Positions 24,634-36,627 of a stretch of 64,000 nt of DNA are shown one piece after another. The position numbers and the translations under genes are program-made. Source of the stretch: Candidatus Peregrinibacteria bacterium (GTDB taxonomy: Bacteria; Patescibacteriota; Gracilibacteria; UBA1369); NCBI GenBank assembly GCA_963708185.1, contig OY970195.1:320001-384000 (forward strand), in the 5' to 3' direction. The first letter of the stretch is position 1; the number at the start of each line of letters is the position of its first letter. The notes under the pieces were generated by a model. That model was not told the origin of the DNA. It searched no databases and worked only from the letters and a program-made list of their open reading frames with translations.

Positions 24634-26455
24634 AGCCGCCAAAAAAGCCGCCGCTGCAAAAGTGACCGCGGTCGAACGCCAGAAACTCATCGACGCCGAA
24701 AAAGTTTACCAGCAGGGTTTAACCACTATCCGTGACCTGATTTCCCCGTCATCGATGGAGGTCCAGTACGATAAACTTCGCGTGGAGGGTCTCTTTGCCC
24801 AGACGTTTTTTGTCTACTCCTATCCTCGTTATCTCGATACCAACTGGCTTTCTCCGGTTATCAATTTCGACGTGACGATGGATATTTCACAATTCATCTA
24901 TCCGATCGATTCAGCAGCCATCATGGCGGTCCTCAAGAAAAAGGTCGCCCAGATGCAGTCATCGATGCGTATCGCTGAAGAAAAGGGAATCGTCCGTGAT
25001 CCGGCGCTTGAAACCGCACTGGAAGACGCCGAAGAGCTCCGTACCCAGATCCAGCGCGGTCAGGAAAAGTTTTTCCAGTTCGGTCTGTACTTCACCATCT
25101 ATGGGGAGGATGAAAAGAAACTTGAGAAGGTCGCCAAGCAGCTGGAAAGTTTACTCGGCGGAAAACTCATCCTTACAAAGAAATCGGAACTTCAGATGGA
25201 GCACGGTTTCAATTCGACTCTGCCGCTCTGTCTTGATGAACTTGAGGTCAACCGTAACATGAACACTTCTCCGCTTTCTTCCACCTTCCCGTTCAGTTCT
25301 TCGGATCTTACTTCCAACGAAGGTATTTTGTACGGATTGAACCGTCACAACGACAGTTTGATTATTTTTGACCGTTTTTCTTTGGAAAATGCCAACGCCG
25401 TGGTCTTCGCAAAGTCCGGGGCAGGGAAGTCCTACTGCGTAAAACTTGAGATTCTGCGTTCATTGATGTTGGGGACGGACGTCATCGTCATCGACCCTGA
25501 AAATGAGTACGAGGCTTTGGCCCAGACCGTCGGGGGAGCATATCTTCGGGTGTCGTTGACCTCCGATCGACGCATCAATCCTTTCGATCTGCCGGCGCCT
25601 ATGCAGGATGAAGAACTTCAGCCGGGAGATTTGCTTCGTTCCAATATCATCAATCTGCACGGTCTTCTGAAGATCATGCTCGGAGGGACGACCCCTCTTG
25701 AAGAAGGTATTTTGGATAAAGCTCTCAACGATGTTTATGCCGTGAAAGGTATCACGATGGATATCGTCGATCCTTCGCAGATTCCACCTCCGACGATGGA
25801 AGATCTCTATGACATTTTGAATAACATGGAAGGCGGACAGAGTCTTGCCCAGCGTCTGCAGAAATACACCCAGGGTACCTATTCAGGCATCTTCAACAAA
25901 CCGACCAACGTGGATTTGAGTTCCGGTTTGATGGTCTTCAGCATCCGCGATCTTGAAGACGCGCTCCGCCCCACTGCGATGTACATTATTTTGAACTACA
26001 TCTGGAACCGCGTACGCAGCAAGCTCAAGAAACGTCTGCTGGTCATTGATGAAGCCTGGACGATGATGCAGTATGAAGATTCGGCGAAGTTTTTATTCGG
26101 TCTGGTCAAACGCGCCCGTAAATACTATCTGGGCATCACGACGATCACCCAGGACGTGGAAGACTTCGTGAAAAGTCCGTACGGGAAACCGGTCGTCACA
26201 AACTCGTCGATGCAGCTGCTTTTAAAACAGGCTCCGTCTGCAATCGAGGTCCTTACCAAGACCTTCAATCTTACCGAAGGAGAAAAATACATGCTGCTCA
26301 ACAGCGGCGTCGGCCAGGGACTTTTCTTCGCCGGTCTCAAGCACGTGGCCATCCAGATTATCGCTTCCTATACGGAGGATAAGATCGTCACGACCAACCC
26401 TGAAGAGATTCTTAGAGGAAGAACCAATGAGCAGCAGTTCCAGACTTCGGTCTAA
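24539..26455 (+). CDS. VirB4/TraC-like (conjugal-transfer family) ATPase
   Basis: Walker A-like AKSGAGKS, VIDPENEY, INPF, Walker B LLVIDEAW, RARKY and ITQD motifs. Confidence 0.88.
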   Translation: MGKKLYRKAPSRYKPARPRGAPPAPKPLPPAEAAKKAAAAKVTAVERQKLIDAEKVYQQGLTTIRDLISPSSMEVQYDKLRVEGLFAQTFFVYSYPRYLDTNWLSPVINFDVTMDISQFIYPIDSAAIMAVLKKKVAQMQSSMRIAEEKGIVRDPALETALEDAEELRTQIQRGQEKFFQFGLYFTIYGEDEKKLEKVAKQLESLLGGKLILTKKSELQMEHGFNSTLPLCLDELEVNRNMNTSPLSSTFPFSSSDLTSNEGILYGLNRHNDSLIIFDRFSLENANAVVFAKSGAGKSYCVKLEILRSLMLGTDVIVIDPENEYEALAQTVGGAYLRVSLTSDRRINPFDLPAPMQDEELQPGDLLRSNIINLHGLLKIMLGGTTPLEEGILDKALNDVYAVKGITMDIVDPSQIPPPTMEDLYDILNNMEGGQSLAQRLQKYTQGTYSGIFNKPTNVDLSSGLMVFSIRDLEDALRPTAMYIILNYIWNRVRSKLKKRLLVIDEAWTMMQYEDSAKFLFGLVKRARKYYLGITTITQDVEDFVKSPYGKPVVTNSSMQLLLKQAPSAIEVLTKTFNLTEGEKYMLLNSGVGQGLFFAGLKHVAIQIIASYTEDKIVTTNPEEILRGRTNEQQFQTSV

Positions 26456-26470
26456 CCGGAATTCTGTGTA

Positions 26471-27502
26471 TTACATGGCGCTGAGAACCTGCAGGGCTTT
26501 TTGAAGCTGGGTGTCGGTTCCTTTGAGGAGTTGGGTCTGATCAAGTTCAACGTCGACATCGGGAGTGAGTCCCACTCCGTTGATGTCGCGTCCGTTCGGC
26601 GTCAGCCAGTGGGCCACGCTGATTTTGAGCAGCGAATTATCGCTGTAGCTCGTGATTTCCTGGACGCTGCCTTTGCCGAAGGTCGTCACTCCCACGAGTC
26701 TGCCGATCTTCAAATCCTGGAGAGCGCCGGCCATGATTTCAGCGGCTGAGGCCGTATCTCCATTGACGAGAACGACGAGAGGTTTCCCTTTCAGTTCGGC
26801 CGGTCCGTCGGTGTGGTAATCCACGAAAGCACCGTTCTCTTTTCTGGTCGTGAGAACTTTTTTATCGCTTTCAATGAAGTGTCCGAGCATCTGGATGGCG
26901 CTGTCGAGATAGCCGCCCGGATTATCTCTCAAGTCGATGATGTATCCCCGTGGGGATTGTTTGTTCAGTTCGTCGAGGGTACTCGTGAAGTCGGCGGGAC
27001 TCGAATCGGTGAATTCCGTCACGGCGATGTAGGCAAGACCGTCGATCATTTTTCCGCTGACGGAACTCATCGTTATTTTGGCTCTCGTCAGGTCTACTTC
27101 GAGGGTCAGGCCGTTCCTGAGGATGCTTAAATGGACGGTCGTGCCCGCAGCTCCTTTGATCAGATCCACGGCATCGTTGATCGTTAAACTGTCGACGGAC
27201 TGATCGTTGATTTTCTTGATGATATCACCGGTCTGGAGATTCGCTTTTTCCGCCGGTGATCCCGGTAATGTTTTCATAATGACGATGTTGTTGTCGACGA
27301 TATCGATCACCGTTCCGATTCCTTCAAACTCTCCCTGAAGATATTGCTGCAGACCGAGAGCGTCCGACGGTTCTTCGAAAATCGTGTACTGGTCGCCGAG
27401 TTTATCGACCATTCCTTTGATGGCACCATAGAGAAGTTCGGTCTGATCGACATTTTCTTTGTAGTAAAAGTCGGTGTTCACTTTTTTCCAGACATCGAGC
27501 AT
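26471..27502 (-). CDS. S41 C-terminal processing peptidase (PDZ + protease); C-terminal part of a frameshifted SLH-S41 gene
   Basis: FEGIG, PGSPA, IIDLRDNPGG, TASAAEI, TFGKGSVQ and TPNG motifs. Confidence 0.9.
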   Translation of the reverse strand: MLDVWKKVNTDFYYKENVDQTELLYGAIKGMVDKLGDQYTIFEEPSDALGLQQYLQGEFEGIGTVIDIVDNNIVIMKTLPGSPAEKANLQTGDIIKKINDQSVDSLTINDAVDLIKGAAGTTVHLSILRNGLTLEVDLTRAKITMSSVSGKMIDGLAYIAVTEFTDSSPADFTSTLDELNKQSPRGYIIDLRDNPGGYLDSAIQMLGHFIESDKKVLTTRKENGAFVDYHTDGPAELKGKPLVVLVNGDTASAAEIMAGALQDLKIGRLVGVTTFGKGSVQEITSYSDNSLLKISVAHWLTPNGRDINGVGLTPDVDVELDQTQLLKGTDTQLQKALQVLSAM

Positions 27503-27537
27503 GACGCTGAATTCCGGATTGTTGATGAACTGGGCAG

Positions 27538-28242
27538 TTACCGAGTCGAGATTACCGAGGTCGGTCGTGGGTCGGAAACCCCGACCGAACCGTACGCTCC
27601 CTGGTTTTGGTCGCGGGCGTTCTGCAGTTCATAAATAAGTTCGGCGGCGTCTCCGCGTGTCATAGGATGTTGAGCCCAAAAAAGCTCGGGGTGCTTGAGC
27701 GAGAAGATGCCGTTGATTTTTGCGGCTCTCGCAAGATAGCGGTACCAGGCGTTCGGACTGACGTCCTGGAACACGTCGACGGGGTCAATGTCCGTATAGT
27801 AGGGCGTGGCGATTCCTTCGATGGGGAATGAGATTTTTATCGCATCCACCCTTGTGATGTTGTCATCCGGTCTGAAGGTCGGATCAGTGCCGGTCGCGCT
27901 GATGACGTTAATTTCCAGGGCTTTTTTGATGTAAGGCGCAGTCCAGTTGTCTTGGGGAACGTCGGTGAACGGCGTAGGGTATACGCCGGGAGTTTTGCGG
28001 TATCCGACGTCGTTGAAAGCCATTTTAAGAAATTCACCCCGGGTGACGAGCTTGTCAGGCTTGAACGTTCCATCAGAATATCCGTTGACGATGTTCTGGA
28101 GCTGAAGGGCTTCTATGGCTTTTAGCTGCGGATAGGTTTCGGGAACGTCGCTGAATGAGGCGGCGGCGGCGTTCGGTACCAGAAAAAAAACAAAAGGAAC
28201 CAGGCTTCCCGTGAGGAATACCTTGAGGGATGTTTTGTTCAT
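27538..28242 (-). CDS. Signal peptide + SLH repeats; probable N-terminal part of the S41 peptidase
   Basis: FSDV, VNGYSDGTFKPD..VTRGE, FRPDDNITR and MTRGDAA. Joins the S41 frame if one base is added at GGG 27569-27571. Confidence 0.8.
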   Translation of the reverse strand: MNKTSLKVFLTGSLVPFVFFLVPNAAAASFSDVPETYPQLKAIEALQLQNIVNGYSDGTFKPDKLVTRGEFLKMAFNDVGYRKTPGVYPTPFTDVPQDNWTAPYIKKALEINVISATGTDPTFRPDDNITRVDAIKISFPIEGIATPYYTDIDPVDVFQDVSPNAWYRYLARAAKINGIFSLKHPELFWAQHPMTRGDAAELIYELQNARDQNQGAYGSVGVSDPRPTSVISTR

Positions 28243-28414
28243 AAAAGATCGTTTTTCACCGAATAAAAGCGCAAAATATGCCTTCAAATTATAGTCCAGC
28301 TCATGGTTAAAAACAATGAACGAATTTGTGGCTTATCCTAGCCTATTTTGCCTCATTCGGGTTGTTGACCCGGGGTCTGTTTTCCGGTATAATATAAAGA
28401 TTAAGATTTTATCT

Positions 28415-30883
28415 ATGAAAAGCCTTAAACAACTCGTCGTCATTGCCGTTGCTTTTCTCGTTTTCCTCGGAACGTTGGGACTGGAAAGTGTCTTTGCCGG
28501 TCCTGTGGAGGCGAAGATGATCGGCCGGCTTACTGTCGTGGTTCCGTCGGGCGAGTCCGTTGATCTGACGCGAGACAATGCAACGCAGACGCTCAGCGGA
28601 GAGGCGGTCCAGGATCTCCAGCAGGGTGATACTCTTGCAGTGAAATCGGGTTCGGATGTTGAGGTCCATTTTTCTGACAGGGGAGTGTTGAGGCTTTCTT
28701 CCAACGCACAACTTGGCGTTGATTTTCTTGATTCGAAACAGGATGAGTATGTCTTGAATCTTAAACAGGGCAGAGTGTGGGAAAATAATCTTTATACCTC
28801 CGCTGTTTTTAATCTTGTCGCCAACGGTGCCTACGTTATTCCAGATTACGCATCCGTCGACGTGAACATCGATGGGCAGAAAACCCTTGTGTACGCCGAT
28901 CGCCACCAGGCGAGCATCGGACTTGTTCCTCTGGATTTTCACGCGACCTCTGCAAAACTGTTTCCGGACGGCGATCTCATCAACAGTTATCTTTTGCCTG
29001 AAGGAAATCAGACAACGGTTTACGCTGATAAAATCACCCAGAACGCCGACACCCTCAAGATACTTTTTTATTCAAAACTGGTGAAGGAGTTTCCATTCGG
29101 TGCCATCGATCCGCAGATGTTGACGAGCGATGCGTGGATCGCCAATAACATAAAACTTGATAAAACCTACGAAAATAAGATCAAGGACCAGACCTCGCAG
29201 GAGATCCGTTCGCGCGGTCTGAAAATTTCGGATCTCAACTCTTTCGGCTACGGTTTTGGTCAATCGCTGGATAGGTTTTATAATTTTTTGACCTTTTCTC
29301 ACAGCAAAGTGATAGCACGCACCAACAGTGATATTTTCGATCATCTCGATGACGCCGAATATCTTCTGCTGTTCGGTCAAACCACAAGAGCCAACGAACG
29401 TCTCGATTATTTCAAGAAAGCACTCGATGCCGCTTTGGCTTCCCAGGATGGTGATTACAAAAATTCAGTGCTGGCAAAACTGCGAAGCGGGTACGATCAA
29501 TTGAGTTATGTTTCCCCCGACGATTATCTGGCGCCGGCGAAAGCCATGGTGACGAATTATCTTCTTGCACAGATCGGCGACAGCGATAATGAAATCCGAC
29601 AGAAGTTCATGCTCGTCAGGAATACGATGAACAGCGTTTACGATCTTGCGGATACCAGTTCGCAGTCTGCTCGTCAGGCACTTGAAGATTACTTCACGGA
29701 GTTTACCCAGTTGGTCAACAAGGAGCAGACGAGACTCAGCGGCATGAGAAATATCATTGCAGAAGAGAACCAGGTCATGAACAATCTGCTTCTCCATTAT
29801 CCGATTTTTTACCGAGACCGTTATTTTGCCATCAAGTATCAGCTTGAACAGCAATGGTTGGCTTTGCTTCCGGAAGGCACCGACAAGAATGAAGAAAAGC
29901 AGACCATCATCAGCCAGAAGATAGATTTCCTGCGTCAGCTCCAGACCTTTTTCCTTGCGGACAAGATTGCCGCCGATGACGCCAAACAGATCGTTTTCCG
30001 TCTGTTCCGCGAGGCGGATGATCTCAAACTTCCTCCCGAGGACCAGGTTGCGGTGAGTGACCTCTACGCCAAGCGCCTCCAGGATTTCGGAGTATTCTAC
30101 CGATATTTAAATTCACCGGAGTATGTTGCGACGACGCTCCACGGATCCTCGCGCAAGACCCAGTTTGACCAGTTCGTCCAGGCTCAACAGGAACAGGTGA
30201 GCATCGAGGAAATCCGTCAGGAAATTTTGGGAAATCAAACGGCTCCCGTCATTACGCCTGATCAGATTCTTGCGCAGGCTCAACAGGATTTTGCTTCGAT
30301 CGGCGCCACCAACGTCGTTTTTGGAGGGCTGAGTGATGTCACTCAGAAAGTCGTTTCGCTCAACAACGCCCTTGTTGGAGGTATCAACATTTCCGCACAG
30401 TACGATTGGGACAAGAAACTTGTTTCACAAATTTACTCGGGTGATACCCTCATTTCAGCCGATGCGGTAAATCTGAGCAATCTTGCGGCGTTGATCAAGG
30501 CGAAAACGCAACAGCCGACTCCGAAACCCGCACCGACTCCGCAACCGAGCCCGACACCGGCTCCTGCGACGTCCGAATCCAAAACCGAACTTGTCGCGAA
30601 AATCCTGATCATCCAGAAGCTTAAAGCGAATAATATCGGTGTCGCTCAGGGCGATCTCGTCATCGATGATCTGTCGAACAGCCTGTTTACCATCCAGAAA
30701 GCGATTCTTGTTTCCGATCAGTCGGTATCGTTCAGTTTTGATGTTGACGGCAAAAACGGTCTTGCGACGAACATCGTCGTTTCAACACAGAGCGGTCCGC
30801 AGCCCATTGACGGCACTTTGAATCTCGCTGACGTTTCGGCCCAGGTGAAATCCGTCTTTGACGCGAACAAGGCGAAACCTTAA
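28415..30883 (+). CDS. Large exported protein with N-terminal FecR-like beta domain
   Basis: Signal/TM MKSLKQLVVIAVAFLVFLG; LQQGD.L......VEVHFSD.GVLRL..N...LKQGRVW; PT/PA-rich linker near the C-terminus. Confidence 0.7.
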   Translation: MKSLKQLVVIAVAFLVFLGTLGLESVFAGPVEAKMIGRLTVVVPSGESVDLTRDNATQTLSGEAVQDLQQGDTLAVKSGSDVEVHFSDRGVLRLSSNAQLGVDFLDSKQDEYVLNLKQGRVWENNLYTSAVFNLVANGAYVIPDYASVDVNIDGQKTLVYADRHQASIGLVPLDFHATSAKLFPDGDLINSYLLPEGNQTTVYADKITQNADTLKILFYSKLVKEFPFGAIDPQMLTSDAWIANNIKLDKTYENKIKDQTSQEIRSRGLKISDLNSFGYGFGQSLDRFYNFLTFSHSKVIARTNSDIFDHLDDAEYLLLFGQTTRANERLDYFKKALDAALASQDGDYKNSVLAKLRSGYDQLSYVSPDDYLAPAKAMVTNYLLAQIGDSDNEIRQKFMLVRNTMNSVYDLADTSSQSARQALEDYFTEFTQLVNKEQTRLSGMRNIIAEENQVMNNLLLHYPIFYRDRYFAIKYQLEQQWLALLPEGTDKNEEKQTIISQKIDFLRQLQTFFLADKIAADDAKQIVFRLFREADDLKLPPEDQVAVSDLYAKRLQDFGVFYRYLNSPEYVATTLHGSSRKTQFDQFVQAQQEQVSIEEIRQEILGNQTAPVITPDQILAQAQQDFASIGATNVVFGGLSDVTQKVVSLNNALVGGINISAQYDWDKKLVSQIYSGDTLISADAVNLSNLAALIKAKTQQPTPKPAPTPQPSPTPAPATSESKTELVAKILIIQKLKANNIGVAQGDLVIDDLSNSLFTIQKAILVSDQSVSFSFDVDGKNGLATNIVVSTQSGPQPIDGTLNLADVSAQVKSVFDANKAKP

Positions 30884-30968
30884 GCTTCAAGGGTTTCTTT
30901 TGCTTTCTTTTTCAATTATGCTATATTCCCAATGGCCTCTTTTTGATATTCACCACGTGATATATTGA

Positions 30969-32930
<1,962 letters not shown>

Positions 32931-32960
32931 GATATCTAAAACCGGTTTCGTGAACGTGTT

Positions 32961-35900
32961 TTACGCTTTGTTCTTGTTGGAACTCTCCGGCGGCGGAACG
33001 AGCGTTGGTTTTATCGATGACATGGATGGAACGGCCGTGCTGCGGGGATATCCCGGAGCTATGGTGTAGCGGTGACTCCGATCGTCATGGGGCGGAACAC
33101 TGCGGTGAATCTGGGTTTTGAGTTCTTCCATGATCGTTTTTGTTTCACCGGTGTTGACCAGATAGTAATCGCCTTTGTGAACGAAAATGATGTTCTGTTC
33201 ACCGAGGTCCCAATCCACTTCGTCGATGATTTCGGCAAGGTAGGCTTTGAAGTCGCACAAGACTTCATCGTCGGGAAGGATATTGTCCAGTCCGCGGGTG
33301 ATTCTTGAGTCGCGGATGTTGACTTTGAAAAGATAACTTCCCTTGGAAAGTTCCAGCGTACTCGTTTCGCCCTTCTGTGTCGTGGTGAGAATTCTGTAAC
33401 AGCCGGAAGGGGTGTTTTTGTGATTAAGCACGTTTCCCTGGACGTCGCCGTGGTCCTGGTCGAGGACCTGGCGGAGTTCTTTTTTCTGCAGGTCGCCGAG
33501 GGGAATATAGACGAATTCGGTGAATCTTTTGTCCTGGACTCTTAAAACACGGTGGCTGCCGTGACGGCGACGTTTTTCGTACGTTGTTCTTGCGACGTAA
33601 ATAGGCACAACTTCTTCAACGTCACCCTGCCCGATTTCCGCTTTGAAGGATACTCCTTTTTCGCCGTTCACCGGTACGGTGCCGAGCGTGTATTTTACTT
33701 TTCCTTCGGAGATCTGTGCATGGCTTATTGAAAATTCCTGGCCTTCAAACTGCGCGAGTTTTTCCGCGTCGAGTTTGTCTCCTTTTGAAGGAAGCGCCGC
33801 CGCGCCGTTGCGGAGTTCAACGCTGTAGGAGAGGTTTGAACCGTCGAGGTTTTTCAAGGCAGCGGCGTACTGTTCGTTCATGGCCACCGTAATGTGTTCG
33901 GCCGCAAGCCCGAGCTTGTTTTTCAAAAATTCGCTGAAGGTTTCGAACTGTCTGCTTGAACCTTTCTTGGTGGAGATGCGGTATGGGACCGCTGTGTCAG
34001 ACGCAATGGTCGTTTTGACCAGTTCGTGGGTGCGTCTCGGAATCAGGATCTGTTTGCGTCTCGCTTTTCCCTGGGTTCGCGCCGAGGTGTTCATCGTCGT
34101 TCCGACCAGGGTGTAATCGTTCGATGAAAGCAGGTCAAGTTTCACGTATCCCGAGTCGCCGGAATAGACGGCGGTCGTCGTGTCGATGACCGGTGAAAGT
34201 CCGAACTCTTCACGAAGACGGGTAAGATACCACTCTTCGGGGTTTTCCTGATATTCCATCCATTCATCGGTCTGTTCGCTGTCTTCAATGCTCGGCGGGA
34301 CGAATTTTTTTTCAGCAATTTTAATCAGTTCCACGCGGAATTTTTCGGAAAGTCCGTTGAGTTCTTTCTGGATGAGCAGTGCCGCTTTCAATGCGTTCAT
34401 CGCAAAAAATTCGGGGTGGCGTTCGTCGGATTTGTATCCGAGCGGATCGCGCCCTGTTGTGTCGATGGGTACGCCGAAGTGCATGATGGCCATGTCTCCG
34501 ACCGCTTTGTCCCAGGTCCCGCAATACGTCGTGCCGATGCGCTGACAGAGTACCAGAAAGTCCTGGACGATGTTTTTGATGACGCTGAGAGCTTCTATGC
34601 TGGCTTTATCGTTTTTGAAAAGTTTGCGTTCAATGAGGTTGCAAATTCTGGTGTAGCCGGATATATCTGTGATGATGGTACTGGTTTCGGAACGAACGAT
34701 TTCTTCGATGCCGTTGCCCATTTCCGCAGCAGCGATTTTGGGGTCCCTTCCTTCCACCATCAGGCGCAGATTGTTGCGCCATTGGGAAGCGTGGCTTGCG
34801 AGGATCATGGAAGCCATCCGCAGGAACGTTTTGTCTTCATCGGTGAGCTCTTCGCTTTCATCGGTGCGGAAAATGATTTTTCCGATGATTTTTTTCTGTC
34901 CCTGTTCATTTCTTGAGGGATCGATGATGTCCTTGATCAGGGTGTGTTTTCCTCCCGAACGGTTGAGCGTTTTTGCCGACTGTTCGGCAAATCCACGGAG
35001 TTCTGGTGTATCTGCAAGGTTTTCGGGATCATGGTCGTCGCTGTATCTTTTGGCGATGAAATGGTCGCATTCTCCTTCGTCTTCATCCGAGACCACGAGG
35101 AGGAGGTCGGCTTCGGTGGCTTTGCTGTACAGGCAGATCTCTTTCATGAGTTCCGCGAGTCCTTTCTCAAAATTCGAAGAAGCGCCGTGGCGATCGAGAA
35201 TGCCGTGGGCGAGTTTGTCGAGTCGCGTGATACGCCGCGCTTTGAGCGCTTCGTCTATTTTGCTGTCGAGACGCGTTCTGGCTTGGTCGACGAATGCCTG
35301 GAGTTTTTGGTCGAGCGTTTGTCCCGGCGCCATTGTTATCTCCAGGACTCCGAGTTTGCGGTCGGCGATTTTCAGTTCGACGAAAACGGTATTTGAGGTC
35401 GGGTCAAAGAACAGGAATTTTTTTTCGTCTTCGTCAAAAAGAGCCCGTTCGTTCTTTTTCGTGAACTCTTCCTGGTTCGAGGATTCACGCTTTCCGCTCA
35501 GGTTGATTTTGGTGAGATGAGCGGTCTCCTCATAATGGTTTTCTTCGTTGACAAGGTAAAAAGCAATGTCAAAAAATTTTTCTCCGGCTATTTTTTTCAG
35601 GTACCCCATAATTTCCCTGATCCCTTCTTCAAGCGCCTCACCTCCGGAAATATAATCAATGAGTTCATTGAGTTCACGGTCGATTTTGAGCGTTTCGGCA
35701 TCGAGGGCCAGTGTCTGGTTCTGCTCGACGGCCTTTGCGGCGTCTTGATTGGCTTTTTTTGCTTCAACCAAAAGGCGAAGCTGTTCAGCAATGGTTTTTT
35801 TGGTCACGGCGAGTGCGTGGAGTGCTTTCGGTTCGATGACTCCGATTTCCGAAGAAACATGAAGGTTCGTTTTCATCAGGAGTTCGAAAGGATCGATCGA

Positions 35901-36212
35901 AATATCTTCGGGCTTTACTCCCGATTTCAGCTCAGCCTGGATGTCCGCATACGTTTTCGGAGGGATAACCTGCAGGGCTGCCATTTTGTTTGCGTGGATC
36001 ATGCGTACGATCGTTTTCATGACGGCGCGGAGTTCTTCAGGACGTAAAGAGTTTTTTGCGTCTTTTAAGGTTTCCCAGTCTTTTCGTACGCCCTCGTCGA
36101 GTCTTGCTTCGTCCACTTCAGACTTTCGTTCTTTCAGCGTGGTTTTCGCTGCAAGAATATCAAGTTCAATGTGATCTTCTCGTGAAAATGGGAATTTTGG
36201 CATATTGGTCAC
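32961..36212 (-). CDS. Large class III nucleotidyl (probably adenylyl) cyclase with GAF-like regions
   Basis: IITDISGYT, DKAVGDMAIM and DYTLVGTTMNTSART motifs. Confidence 0.75.
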   Translation of the reverse strand: MTNMPKFPFSREDHIELDILAAKTTLKERKSEVDEARLDEGVRKDWETLKDAKNSLRPEELRAVMKTIVRMIHANKMAALQVIPPKTYADIQAELKSGVKPEDISIDPFELLMKTNLHVSSEIGVIEPKALHALAVTKKTIAEQLRLLVEAKKANQDAAKAVEQNQTLALDAETLKIDRELNELIDYISGGEALEEGIREIMGYLKKIAGEKFFDIAFYLVNEENHYEETAHLTKINLSGKRESSNQEEFTKKNERALFDEDEKKFLFFDPTSNTVFVELKIADRKLGVLEITMAPGQTLDQKLQAFVDQARTRLDSKIDEALKARRITRLDKLAHGILDRHGASSNFEKGLAELMKEICLYSKATEADLLLVVSDEDEGECDHFIAKRYSDDHDPENLADTPELRGFAEQSAKTLNRSGGKHTLIKDIIDPSRNEQGQKKIIGKIIFRTDESEELTDEDKTFLRMASMILASHASQWRNNLRLMVEGRDPKIAAAEMGNGIEEIVRSETSTIITDISGYTRICNLIERKLFKNDKASIEALSVIKNIVQDFLVLCQRIGTTYCGTWDKAVGDMAIMHFGVPIDTTGRDPLGYKSDERHPEFFAMNALKAALLIQKELNGLSEKFRVELIKIAEKKFVPPSIEDSEQTDEWMEYQENPEEWYLTRLREEFGLSPVIDTTTAVYSGDSGYVKLDLLSSNDYTLVGTTMNTSARTQGKARRKQILIPRRTHELVKTTIASDTAVPYRISTKKGSSRQFETFSEFLKNKLGLAAEHITVAMNEQYAAALKNLDGSNLSYSVELRNGAAALPSKGDKLDAEKLAQFEGQEFSISHAQISEGKVKYTLGTVPVNGEKGVSFKAEIGQGDVEEVVPIYVARTTYEKRRRHGSHRVLRVQDKRFTEFVYIPLGDLQKKELRQVLDQDHGDVQGNVLNHKNTPSGCYRILTTTQKGETSTLELSKGSYLFKVNIRDSRITRGLDNILPDDEVLCDFKAYLAEIIDEVDWDLGEQNIIFVHKGDYYLVNTGETKTIMEELKTQIHRSVPPHDDRSHRYTIAPGYPRSTAVPSMSSIKPTLVPPPESSNKNKA

Positions 36213-36311
36213 AGGTCTAAAGTTTTAGAGTGTATTTTACCATTTTATTACCGTTTGTCAATATTATGTCTCCGGGGAATTTTCAATTCGGGGGCGATTT
36301 TAGGGAACAAT

Positions 36312-36339
36312 TTGACTTTTGGGAAGTTCTTTTTATAAT
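36312..36339 (+). promoter_or_regulatory. Putative sigma70 promoter of rpsU
   Basis: TTGACT-16 nt-TATAAT; SD AAGGAGGTGA before the ATG at 36388. Confidence 0.6.
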
Positions 36340-36387
36340 GATGAAGCTTTTTATTTATTTTAAGCCTTTGGAAGGAGGTGAGACTGT

Positions 36388-36594
36388 ATGGCAATAACCC
36401 TTTGGAAAAATCCGAAAGAGTCCGTTGATCGTTTGATTTCACGTTTCAACAAAAAGGTTCAGGCAAGCCGAGTTATTTTGCTGACAAAGGAACGCCGTTA
36501 CCGAAAAAAGAAACCGAGTAAGCGTCATGAACGTACAGCGGCCATGATGCGCACGAATTACCGTCATCAAAGAGAGAGACAGAAGTTCTATTAG
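36388..36594 (+). CDS. rpsU: 30S ribosomal protein S21
   Basis: 68 aa, basic; ESVDRLISRFNKKV...RYRKKKPS; strong SD. Confidence 0.85.
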   Translation: MAITLWKNPKESVDRLISRFNKKVQASRVILLTKERRYRKKKPSKRHERTAAMMRTNYRHQRERQKFY

Positions 36595-36602
36595 GATTTT
36601 GC

Positions 36603-36627
36603 AGCCCCGCCTCAGGCGGGGCTTTTT
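36603..36627 (+). terminator. Intrinsic terminator after rpsU
   Basis: AGCCCCGCC-TCA-GGCGGGGCT followed by TTTT. Confidence 0.8.

Noticed and set aside
23521-30883. Integrative conjugative element around the VirB4-like gene
   Set aside because: No integrase, relaxase, coupling protein, att repeats or obvious compositional shift.
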